From Octopus bimaculoides (taxonomy: Eukaryota), in contig NC_068987.1 of the NCBI RefSeq assembly GCF_001194135.2, forward strand, positions 37,846,609 through 37,880,946: a stretch of 34,338 nt of DNA, given 5' to 3'. Positions 11,490 through 22,899 of the stretch are shown here, one piece after another. Position numbers and translations under genes: made by a program. Under the pieces are notes generated by a model, which was not told where the DNA came from, ran no database searches, and saw only the letters and a program-made list of their open reading frames with translations. The first letter of the stretch is position 1. Each line of letters opens with the position of its first letter.

Positions 11490-12935
11490 GAATCTACTGA
11501 GGTCATGGTCGTCTAAATAGTCACTGTAGTAGCTTAGTCAAGGGAGGAGGCCCAGTTCCCACGTGTTGACTTCACGGAACTCTACTTCACTCTCACAGAT
11601 TATCTCCATGCATTTCTCCACAGCAAAATCTGTCTTATAGATGGGCAGAGTGAAATCACATCCATACTACATGCTGCACAACCTGTGAGGTCGTTGGAGT
11701 GGTTACAAATACTGATTTTACTGAGAAGATCTTCGTGCTCACACAGACATCTGGAGACATTTCTATGAGAGGTTGTAATACTTTTTAGAGTAAGTAGGAC
11801 AGTCTATAATTGCTGGAGATATTCGCTCCGCAAACTGGTCTGGTTAGGGGCCCCATGACAGGGTTTATGTAGGGTTTGTGGTTTTGCGTAACCCGTATAG
11901 TGTAGGAACATCATTTTTGGATGCTTGGAAATTGTGTACAGTCCTTTTCATAGGTTGGAGTATGTTGCACCACATTCTCATGTGTGCATTGAGGAGTTTT
12001 TCCACTCTTTCATGTTCCTGTGGTGCAACTTCTCTCCTACTACTGATGTGTTCTTGTATGGTCTGGGCATAGTTTTGTGGGCTGTCTATTGACAGTTTGC
12101 CAGACTTGTCCGTAGGAAGGCACACTAATTCCCTGTTCCTAAATCGCTGTTTCAGTTTTTGAAGGAACTTTGGCAACAGATGAAGTGAGTTGGTAGGTTT
12201 CCTCCTCATTATGTTTTTAGTGTATTTGTTGTACCGGTCTAAGATGTGTCGGAGTCTATTTCTAGCTAAAGAGATCTTTGCTTGTTTTACTGTCAACTTG
12301 AGGTGGGATAATACCCTTTTGTTGAAGGGTCAGTCTGTGGGGTAGATCCTCGTCATGTCATAAGATTTTTTATTAGGGTTATAAAATCAGAGTGTAGAGT
12401 GCTATTATCGTTGTGGCTGTTGTTGTTATAGTTGCTATTGGTGGTGTTGGTGGTGGTAGTGCTTGTGTTGTGCCCATTGTTGTTGTTATTGTTGCGGGTG
12501 GTGCTGGTGTTGATGGTGTGGATGATGTGGTTGGTATTGCTGTCTGTGTGTGGGATGTTGTTGTCATTGTTGCTGTTGGTATTATCATCGTTATTGTTGT
12601 TATTATAATAGTTGTTTCGGTTTCGTATGCTTGTGTTGTTGTTATAGTTGTTTCAGTGGGGAATGTTTTAGTTATCATTATTGTTATTGTTATTGCCACT
12701 ATCGTTGTTGTCATCAACATCGCTATTGCTTTTGTTGTTGTTTCGGTTTCGTATGTTTGTGTTGTTGTATTGTCCTAACCTCTTAATTTTAAGAAGGTTT
12801 TTTTCAACTTCAGATCGACAATCAATTTTTCTGACTATTTTATATGTAGCGAATTTTGGTGGTAACTGTAAAGCATGCATTTCATCTGTATCCAGCTGTA
12901 CGGCACCGTATGCTCCAGAAGTGTAATTGTTGTTG
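11490..12935 (-). mobile_element. Penelope-like element reverse transcriptase, 5' part, degenerate
   Basis: HALQLPPKFATY, LVCLPTDKSGKL, PTLYGLRK, TRPVCGANISSNYRLSYLL, SMDVISL; 3' RT and GIY-YIG absent. Confidence 0.8.
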
Positions 12936-12940
12936 GTGTT

Positions 12941-13157
12941 AAGGCGGTGAGCTGGCAGAGACGTGAGCACGCCGGGCGAAATTCTTAGCGGTATATCGTC
13001 TGTCTTTACGTTCTGAGTTCAAATTCTGCTGAGGTTGACTTTGCCTTTCGTTCTTTCGGGGTCGATAAAATAAGTAGTAGTTGCGTACTGCGTCGAGCTA
13101 ATTAACTGGCCCTCTCCCCAAAAATTTCGGGTTTTGTGCCTAGAGTATAAAAATAAT
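12941..13157 (+). mobile_element. SINE family B, near full length
   Basis: tRNA-like head (GGCGGTGAGCTGGCAGA...GAGTTCAAATTC B-box), central GCCTTTCGTTCTTTCGGGGTCGATAAAATAAGTA, then (TTG)n. Confidence 0.85.
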
Positions 13158-13224
13158 TGTTGTTGTTGTTGTTGTTGACGGTGGAGGTATTGTTTTTCGG
13201 TGTCCTGGCGCCGAAGTCCCCTAG

Positions 13225-13465
13225 TAGTTTACATTCCAGCATGACAATCCCATCGATATTGTTTGAGTATTCGTATTGATTCTAACCATCAAACTGCAAA
13301 GCCAACACCAGCCTCTCTGCACTCCTCCTCCCCCCCCCAACTTCTTTAAGCTGACCATCACCTTCTATCCGACTCTCTGAAAGTGTAGCTATATCAATGC
13401 GAGCAACAAGTACAGTGCGTCTTTCAGGCCTACAATCACTCTTCTTATCCAACAGAGTGTACACA
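13225..13465 (-). mobile_element. RTE-clade LINE apurinic endonuclease N-terminal fragment
   Basis: VYTLLDKKSDCRPERRTVLVARIDIATLSESRIEGDGQLKEVGGG resembles the RTE/BovB pattern NVRTLLD...RPERRTALVA...IDIAALSETR..GQL.EVG. Confidence 0.8.
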
Positions 13466-13489
13466 TGCATACATACATACATACATACA

Positions 13490-13521
<32 letters not shown>

Positions 13522-13534
13522 AATTTACATTTAT

Positions 13535-13780
13535 GCCGATAATAATTGGAGCACTCTGTAAGTAAATGAACAAACTGTCAGTCTGGATAAGTTTGGATTA
13601 TCAGAAAAAGAAATCAACCGACTCATTCGCACATTACAAATACAATCTTTAAGCGGAACAATAAAACTATGCAAGACTTTTCTCGGGTTTAAAATGTGAC
13701 GTTGTTTTCGTTACCTACATTCCAATGATGGAGCTTTGTAACTTTGTTAGAAACCAGATCTTTCTTCAGAAGAAGAATTT
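13535..13780 (+). mobile_element. 3' end of a REL-type (R2/NeSL/CRE-like) LINE
   Basis: IIIGAL...EINRLIRTLQIQSLSGTIKLCKTFLGFKM*; clade uncertain. Confidence 0.5.
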
Positions 13781-13829
13781 AAATAATTAAAGACAGAAGA
13801 GACAACATCCATAGAGACTGGACGAAATA

Positions 13830-14885
13830 TTGGAAGCACCTTCAGATTTTCCATCGTTGGCATTAATTACAACAGCAATACATCGAAGAATCGACTAGTG
13901 CAGATTCTCAACGGTTGTTAGCGAAATATTTAAAAATTCTTGAATTAACATCTGCCTTGGCTCTTAACGATGATGGTGGTGGGAAGTGGCTCATTACTTG
14001 CTGCTCGAAAAGGCACCATAAATGCTCGATTTTATTAAGGTACCTTGGTTTTTTCTTTTTGTTTTTTTGTAGTGGCGGGGTTGCAATCCAAGCAGTGTAC
14101 TCACTTTTCTACTCTTTGTACTGATTTTGAATAACATTAGCCGCGTGGTTAGGCACATTATCGTCCTGGAAGGTTACGCTAGCATCAGGGAACAATATTT
14201 GTACCCTAGAATAGACACAATCAACCAACATAGATAATCCTTGGCGTTAACTCTGCAGTATAGAACGACTAAAGGACCTTGTGATGAGTTCCACGATATG
14301 GATGCTCCACTCATCACAAAGTCACCTCCATGTTTCACGGTAGAAACCAAACAATCAATTGAAGGTATTTGGGGATGTTTCTAGACATAAACTCGCCCTG
14401 AAGTGGGAAATGGGTGAATGATGATTTATCAAAGATGATGACGTTGTTCCATTGAGCAACTGATTACTTCTGACACCACTTATCCCGCTTATCAATGTTG
14501 ACAGAAGATAGAAGAGACAATTGCAGCCCCATCCATGGTATAGCATCCTGCGTTATAGAGCTCACGACGAAAGGTTTTTTGTTGACACAGGATTGGCAAA
14601 GTGGTAGTTTAGCGCTGTAGTCACTTTTACTGTCGTAGTCTAATGGTTTTTAAACACAATACGTTTTACTATTCTGCGGTACCTCTCTGTGAGCTTTGCC
14701 CTCTTTATGCTTGCCAGATCTGGTTTTATCTTGGTTTTGGAATACCAGCAAGATTTTAGAGATTATACCAATGGAAGCATTTAAGAAGTTGGTAGTTTAG
14801 TGATTGACTCTCCTGCTGTCCATGCTCCACTAATTTGTCTTCTTTCGAAATCATACAAGTGACACATCTTAACATATTAAAATTT
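13830..14885 (-). mobile_element. Tc1-like DDE transposase relic, heavily decayed
   Basis: DFERRQISGA, NPVSTKTFRRELYNAG, WNNVIIFDKSSF, TVKHGG, FQDDNVPNHAA, LNKIEHLWC; same family as 28155-29214. Confidence 0.8.
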
Positions 14886-14984
14886 CTACATGTAAGCCCC
14901 TGCGAAAGAAGGAAGGAAAATAGAGAGATGTGTCATGGAGTACAAAACATACATAATGCATATGAGCACATACATACAGACAAA

Positions 14985-15130
14985 ACTCTGAGGAACTAGA
15001 ATTTAGCCTGATGATCGAACTGGCGTGAAACTCGAGCTGCGAGACAAACTGTTGGCTTCAGTTTTGACAAATAAAAATTATAACCACTACAGCATGTATT
15101 GACCACTCCTTTCTCATTCGATACGCTTTA
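14985..15130 (+). mobile_element. Probable PLE terminal-repeat remnant with degenerate hammerhead-like core
   Basis: GC-CTGATGA-TCGAACTGGCGT-GAAA-CTCGAG-C, followed by AATAAA at ~15069. Confidence 0.35.
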
Positions 15131-15527
15131 ATAATGTACATACATACATATATATATTAGGTATTTATTTGTACATACAAATATATATTTATAAACATTT
15201 TTATAAAGAAATGTGTCACGCACGTATGTGTATGTATGCAATTATTACACACCTGTTAGTAGTTCAGATAAATAAATTTCACTTAATTCATTCTATGCTT
15301 TTGATGTACTGGAAAGAAGATGAAATCCTCCGGGCGCTCCTTTTTAGGATTTATTGACTTCTGCTCGCATGTACCTGGTTTTTTCTATAATTAATAGCAC
15401 AGAATCTCCAGCTTCTATATAAAGCAGTCTTATATTAGAGTGGAATATTAATGGCTACCTTGCTTTGCATATTTTTCTATATGTTGTTCACCATTAACGA
15501 AACAATATGTTATTTAATTCACAGGGC

Positions 15528-15705
15528 GAAAAATGTAAACACATTCTTTCTAAATTTTTGATGCATAGAAAAACAGGCGGGATTCTTCTCATGGACCGTT
15601 TCACGATATCTTGCGAAGCACTCAGCAAATTGTGAAACGGTTCGTCGAAGATTCCCGCCACTTTTCTGCACATCAAAAGTATAGAAGGAATGTATTTATA
15701 TTTTC
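15528..15705 (+). other. 178-nt imperfect inverted repeat (hairpin)
   Basis: 15528-15614 pairs with 15625-15705 around a 10-nt loop GAAGCACTCA. Confidence 0.85.
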
Positions 15706-15797
15706 ATAGCTTATCCAGAGTTAGGTTCTGTACGTTTTTACTTTATATCTTCCGATTCTATTATGCATAGCACACACCAATGTATACATCGCGTGCG

Positions 15798-15840
<43 letters not shown>

Positions 15841-17122
15841 CGTATATGTGTGTGTGTGTGTTTGTGTATGTAATATACATATGGAGAAAGACACTTTTGC
15901 ACACTTCACACTTTTGCACATGTGTGTATGAGTGTGTATTGATAGAGTGGGGTAGGGAGAAAGAGAAATTGCAAAAAGCTGAGAAGAGGTTAGAAAGGAT
16001 AATTTAAAACGAAAATTGTAAGATGATATGAGTAATATTGAATTTTAATTTTCCTATTCTATTATATTCTGTACAACGCCTATCGACCAAAGGAACAATT
16101 CGAAGTATGTTATCATTTTCAGTGTAAATATTTCTGAATACTATAGCATTAAAAATATATCGTTTAGTAGTTGTTTTCTTGAACTTTTTACCGATTTCTG
16201 GCTTTTTATTTCTTTTGCATTGTATATTGCTTATGAAATGTGTTTATGTGTGAAAATGACTGCTGGGGCGTTGACGTTTTAGTAGATATTTGCTGGGTGT
16301 TGCTGTTTGACACATGGATTTGTAGTGAAAAATGATTATGTGAGACATCGTACAAATAGAAATGAATTATTAAATTCCACATATGCATATGTTTGCAATT
16401 TTCTCGGCATTCTCATTGTGATAAATGTGCCTGGCAGTAAAAAAAATCAGCAATCTTTACGAAATTTCCTTGCAGCATGTTTCTTATTTGAATACATCTA
16501 GATTTCATTCAAAATTCCCTGTAATTAAGACAGGCAACTTATCGCTCGTAACTTTAATGAATTAGTAAATTGGCGTGTCAGTTTGTTAAAACCTTTGATT
16601 CTACGAAGTTCTGGAGAGGATTAACCGTCAATCAAGGATAGAAATAATATGACTTCGTTGTCAGATTATTCTTTGGAGTTGAAATGATGCAATATTTTGG
16701 TCCAAAGCTAAATTAAACCAGAATAGTGATAGGTAAAGCGCAAGCGTGTTGTGGATACCATAAGTACTCTCTTCACTAAAAATGAACAGAATATGAATTG
16801 AAGACGATAAACTCCCAAAATCTGGAGTTTCATTTTTTCATTTATATAAAATGCATTTACTTGTGATCGCATGTGTATATATAGATACGAGTGTGTGTGT
16901 GCTTGTACGTGCGTGTGTGCATGCATGTGTGTGTATGCGTGTGTTTATGCATGTGATTATATTCTAGTTTCCTTCTTCCTAAGTTTTTTAAGTATACTCT
17001 TTAAATCGATTCTTTAAAATTTAATCACACCTTATATTAATTTTCCAGTCGTATATTTAAATCAGATTTAAACCAAATTACGTCAAATTCTTAAACCTGC
17101 CTTTTATGATATATATGTGTGT

Positions 17123-17163
<41 letters not shown>

Positions 17164-17248
17164 CGTGCGTGCGTGTGTGTGTGTATGTATGTATGTATGT
17201 ATGTATGTATGTATGTATGTATGTATGCATAAATATGGATACGGATAT

Positions 17249-17412
17249 AGGCGCAAGAGTGGCTGTGTGGTAAGTAGCTTTCTTACCAACCACATGGTTC
17301 CGGGTTCAGTCCCACTGTGTGGCACCTTGGGCAAGTGTCTTCTGCTATAGCCTCGGGCCGACTAAAGCCTTGTGAGTGGATTTGGTAGACGGAAACTGAA
17401 AGAGGCCCGTCG

Positions 17413-17445
<33 letters not shown>

Positions 17446-17555
17446 ATATNNNNNNNNNNNNNNNNNNNNNNNNNNNNNNNNNNNNNNNNNNNNNNNNNNN
17501 NNNNNNNNNNNNNNNNNNNNNNNNNNNNNNNNNNNNNNNNNNNNNNNNNNNNNNN

Positions 17556-17589
<34 letters not shown>

Positions 17590-17805
17590 TGTGTGTGTGT
17601 TTGTCCCCCGACATCGCTTGACAACCGATGCTGGTGTGTTTACGTCCCCGTAACTTAGCGGTTCTGCAAAAGAGGCCGATAGAATAAGTACTAGGCTTAC
17701 AAAGAATAAGTCCTGAGGTCGATCTGCTCGACTAAAGGCGGTGCTCCAGCATGGCCGCAGTCAAATGACTGAAACAAGTAAAAGAGTAAAACGAGTAAAA
17801 GAGTA
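17249..17805 (+). mobile_element. SINE family A, full length, gap in the internal microsatellite
   Basis: Head, internal (TA)/(TG)n and 3' GTAAAAGA tail; close match to 22389-22808. Confidence 0.92.
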
Positions 17806-18313
17806 TACACACACACACGCAGTCACATATGTATGGATATGTATGTGTGCGCGTGTGTGTGTGTGAAACAATCATACACATAACTCGATAAATATTGTGG
17901 GACAGAGATGAGCAAATAATAGGAATCAAACGGAAAAAGCAAGTACCTTTAAAAACATGGAAATAACTGTTATTCTTTCAGTTTATATTTCTATGCAAAC
18001 GCGTCTGCATGCACGCACGCGTTGACTAATGTGATCAAGGGCGTCTTTAATTTTAGGTGAACGTATATACGTCCTGTTTACCACGCCATAGCTGTCACAA
18101 CACAAGAAGTTTTCTCACAGACTGAAGGTACGTGATTGTTTTTTGAAAAGTTTGATAAATTAGACTCAATTTTACAGTGCTTATTTATACAATCCCGTCG
18201 TATCAGTCTGAACACAAACATAGATTTCCTAACCCGGATTTTAAAGGTATGTAATGTGTCTAATAATTTGATTAATTCATATAAATCTAACAGAACTATA
18301 ACTGGAGCAAGAT

Positions 18314-19640
18314 ATGAGTGATAGAACTTTGAAAACAGAACACTCCTCCGATGATGAACGTGAAGCACCAGATAAGAAGAAGGCTAGATGGGCATCGTAT
18401 GAAAGGAAGCTTCCGCAAACATTGTTGTGCGATGAAACATTTTCTAGTTGGTTGGTGCGAGGCAAGAACGATACAGCTAAAAGCAAATGCATATTATGCA
18501 TGTGTGAAATTGCCGGTAGGTTGAGCCAAATTTTACGACGTGAGCAGAGAGAAAAAGACCGCAAGAATGCAAATTAAGAAAATGAAGCAAAAAAGTTGAC
18601 CAATTATTTCGAGGCCTCATCGTTTTCTTCCCATTCCAAGAAAGTAGCAGCTGCTGAATTAAAATACTGTGCATTTGTTGCTGAGCATAATCTCCCAATT
18701 TCTATTTTGGACCACTTACCTGGCCTTGTTGCAAACGCCTGTCCTGATTCTAAAATCGCCCAGGATGCAAAGTGTGCCCGAACGAAAGGCACATACATCT
18801 TTCTTAAAGCCATTGACCGCTACTGCTTCAATGCTTTATTAAAAGACTTCATCCATCAAAATTCTCACTCGTTATTGATGAAACAACTGATGTTTCACCA
18901 CTAAAACAACTTGTCCTGGTTCCCAGATATTATGACCTTGAAATTCAAAAGACACTCGGCGATTTTCTTACACTTAGAGAAATATAGGATTGCGGTACTA
19001 CGGGTATGTACACTGTCTTCTCTAAATTTTAAACGAACACACGATTGCTCTGGAAAATTTGATAGGTTTCGCCTGTGATAATGCAAATGTTATGACGGGA
19101 AGCAAAAGAGGCGTTCAGCACTTGTTGAAGCAGAACAGGCCAGTTCTTTTTGTGAAAGCCTGTGCTTCTCATTCTTTACACTTATGCTCATCAAACGCGT
19201 GCAATGAATAACTGAATTCTGTCGAAGAATTGACAAGAGGTATTTATGCATACTTTAGTCACAGTCCTAAGCGTATCAATGAATTCAAATATCTGCAGAA
19301 AATAGCTTCAATTGATCCTCACAAAATCCTGCATGCAAGTTGCACTAGATGGCTGTCTCTCAAGCAAGTTGTTCTGCGCATTTAGAGCAGTGACCAACAC
19401 TGCTGGCATATTTCACACAAACAACATTAGAGGGTGGGTGTCCGATTACGGCTCGACGAATTATCACTGAAATGACGAATCCTCTTACAAAGATATATTT
19501 AGCATTTCTTTCTTTCATTTTAAACGTTAACAAACTTAATCTGGAATTCCAGGTTCAAGGCTATCGGATGCATTAGCTTAAAAGAGCCATCAATGCTGGA
19601 ATGAAGGGAATTTTGAGCAATTTCAAGTCAAATGTCTGGT
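18314..19640 (+). pseudogene. hAT-superfamily transposase pseudogene (BED-like finger plus DDE core, 3' truncated)
   Basis: KCILC, AAAELKYCAFVAEHNLPISILDHL, CARTK, FSLVIDETTDVS, IGFACDNANVMTG, CASHSLHLC, YFSHSPKR, TRWLSL, joined across several stops and frameshifts. Confidence 0.88.
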
Positions 19641-19649
19641 TTAATAGTT

Positions 19650-20449
19650 TGACTAGGAGGAACAAATACTGTGTGGACAATTCTTTTTGCATCGATGAAA
19701 CAAATAACCATCGTCTTGACATTAGACTTCATTTGATGGACTTTTGAGAGCCGTGATGACATTGAATGCTTCCATGGAATTGATTGCTGCTTCATTTCGG
19801 GATTGTAGCCGTAGCACTAGCTTTCATCACCAGTGATGACCTTTGAAAATGAGTCCGGATCAACTTCCAGCAGTTCTTTCAGTTCACGATGCGCATTCAG
19901 TCGTGACTACTTTTAATCTTCCGTGAGCAAGTGAAGCACAAATTTAGCTGCATTCTTTTCATTCACAATTCTTCGCTCAAAATTCGTTGGCAAAAGGTCC
20001 AGTACACATCAGTCACATCAACAAGTTCGTTCGGCAACGGCCCACTGAGATCAGTTCATGAATTTTCGTGATGTTTTCATTCGTTCGGGAGGTCTGAATG
20101 AGGTTGGTCTTTAAGCGACAAGTGACCATTCCTATAGTGTGAAAAGTACTCATGAACTTGTGTTTTACTCATGACAGCGTCCTCGTAAGCTATTTGAACC
20201 ATGAGATCTGTTTCGGCTGCCGTTTTCCCCAGCAGAAAATAAAATTTCCTGGAAGCACGTTGTTCCTTCGTTTCAGCCATCGCAAAATTCGACGAACAGG
20301 GGAGAAGCACTACAAAACAAAGACGCACCACGTGGCAGTACAGACTGATGCCTGAAGGTCGCATCAAGTGGCTTCTAGCAGCGGAAGCTTGAACTACAAC
20401 TGTCTTATCCCACAGAGGAAGTTTTCAGTTACTATTGGGTACCTTCTCG
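19650..20449 (-). mobile_element. Mariner transposon 5' half with terminal repeat
   Basis: MAETKEQRASRKFYFLLGKTAAET...MSKTQVHEYF, KVITGDES, SNVKTMVICFID; end reads TA|CGAGAAGGTACCCAATAGTAAC on minus. Confidence 0.85.
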
Positions 20450-20683
20450 TATACTCATATATATACACATATACGCAAACACATACAAATACAGAAATAT
20501 ATATACACATATATGTATATATATATGAATACATACATACACATACACATATACTTACATATATAAATATATANNNNNNNNNNNNNNNNNNNNNNNNNNN
20601 NNNNNNNNNNNNNNNNNNNNNNNNNNNNNNNNNNNNNNNNNNNNNNNNNNNNNNNNNNNNNNNNNNNNNNNNNNNNNNNNNNN

Positions 20684-20715
<32 letters not shown>

Positions 20716-20869
20716 TGTGTGTATGTAAGTATGCGTGTATATATTTATGCATGCATATATGTATTACGTTTGTATGTAGGCATGCATGTATGTATTATGT
20801 TAGCATATATTTATGTGAATATAGACATGAAAGCGTATGGAAAATTTTTCATACGTGTATGGTAAACTG

Positions 20870-21460
20870 ATTAGGCAAAAAAGGTGGACAGAAAGTAAAA
20901 TATAAGCATACGAAAATAGAAAAATACGAAAAATTAAATTTATCCAAAATTGCGAAAAATAATTACGAAAAAATAAGGAATATATTAAAAATATATATAT
21001 ATGAAAATATGAAAATATGACAATATGAAAAATTAATACAGAATAATATGAAAGATATGTAAGATTTGAAAATTATGGGAATATATTATATAAACTTAAA
21101 ATGGTAAAAAGTCTCTAAAAAAATAAAGAACAAAACATTATTATTATGAAAAACTCTGAAAATGTAAAAAAAAAAAAAGAAGAAAAAGAGAAAAGTATGA
21201 AAAATATGGAAAATATGAAAACTCAAATTATTGATACAAATCATACGAAAATTTATTTTTAAAATTAAAAAAAAAACATAAAAATGTTTTAAATGCTAAA
21301 AAATACCTAAAGTAAAAATAGCATCGAAACAGAAATATAAAACACGAACAAATACTTAGAAATGATTTTTAATATATATATATAATATAGGAGAAATAGG
21401 AAAAAATATTCAGAAATATGAAAAGTCTAAAACACGAAAACATAGTAAAACATTGACTTT
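20870..21460. repeat. A-rich low-complexity tract (decayed AAAATATG-like units)
   Basis: Direct reading. Confidence 0.7.
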
Positions 21461-21651
21461 TAGTTTCCAAAGCTGTAGTTGCACACTTACTCCAGAACAA
21501 AGGAATACGTGTCAGGCTTTATATCTTATCATAGGAATATAGACTATATCGAAGCAACTGAGAACACAGGGCTAACATTCAGAATATAATATATATGTAT
21601 TCAATAGTAATAAATTCATTCGTTACATTACAACTAATATTTTCTTTGTAT

Positions 21652-21845
21652 AAGGTGGCGAGCTGGCAGAATCGATCAAAGTGCTTAGCGGTATTTCGTC
21701 CGTCTTTACCTGAGTTAAATTCCGACGAGGTTAACTTTGCCTTTCATCCATTCGAGGTCGATAAAATAAGTACCAGTTGAATACTAACACTGGAGTCGCT
21801 GTAATCGACTTATCTCCTCCCCAAAATTGTTGGCCCTGTGCTTAC
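21652..21845 (+). mobile_element. SINE family B
   Basis: GGTGGCGAGCTGGCAGAATCG...GCCTTTCATCCATTCGAGGTCGATAAAATAAGTACCAGTT...CCCCAAAATT. Confidence 0.85.
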
Positions 21846-22388
21846 TGTTGATAATGTTCCTGACTCCATCTGGGACTAAAAAACAGCAAAAACGATTTTT
21901 AAGAATAAAATTTATTAAGAAAGTCAACAGCTGAAGTGTTAAGCTTGATTACCTTTTATCGACCACCTCTATTATGACTACCTCCTTCTATACCTCTCTC
22001 CTTAATTGTTATCTTGTTCACATGACTAAATTGTATCTCTCCTAGATAGGTGAGATAATGTGTATTAAAAATGCACCACCTTACTTTAGCAACACACTTC
22101 ATAATGTAACAATAAACATTGAAGTTTTAGATGGAAACATTTACAAAAGAAAGTTGACCACCTTCAGAACTTCGATACGCCTTTCTTATCTCTCACTTGC
22201 TTTGCCTTCAGATACATTGTATGCAAGCTATTTTCAATACACTGGTAGATCTCACACTGTATGCGTTTTGCACAAACATACTAAACACAATCCCCAGCCA
22301 ATCAAATAACATTCCCACATAGCAAATAATTTATACAACAAATCACAAGTGGACACCAGAAATAATGGCTTCAGATTTTTGCATTAAT

Positions 22389-22808
22389 AGGCGTAGGAGT
22401 GGCTGTGTGGTAAGTAGCTTGCTTACCAACCACATGGTCCTGGGTTCAGTCCCACTGCGTGGCATCTTGGGCAAGTGTCTTCTACTATAGCCTCGGGCCG
22501 ACCAAAGCCTTGTGAGTGGATTTGGTAGGCGGAAACTGAAAGAAGCCCGTCGTATATATGTATATATATATATGTATGTGTGTATGTGTTTGTATGTGTG
22601 TGTTTGTCCTCCCAACATCGCTTGACAACCGATGCTGGTGTGCTAATGTCCCCGTAACTTAGCGGTTCGGCAAAAGAGACCGATAGAATAAGTACTAGGC
22701 TTCGAAAGAATAAGTCCTGGGGTCGATTTACTCGACTAAAGGCGGTACTCCAGCATGGCCACAGTCAAAAAGACTGAAACAAGTAAAAGAGTAAAAGAGT
22801 AAAGAGTA
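22389..22808 (+). mobile_element. SINE family A, complete ungapped copy
   Basis: A-box-like TGGCTGTGTGG, B-box-like GGTTCAGTCCC, internal (TA)/(TG)n, (GTAAAAGA)n tail. Confidence 0.93.
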
Positions 22809-22899
22809 ATACATTACTAAACCTAATTGCTCTTTTCAAGACAAACTATCGTTTGCTGTTGACGACTGATCCCGTTTATGCCCGCTTATCCAATTCGCT

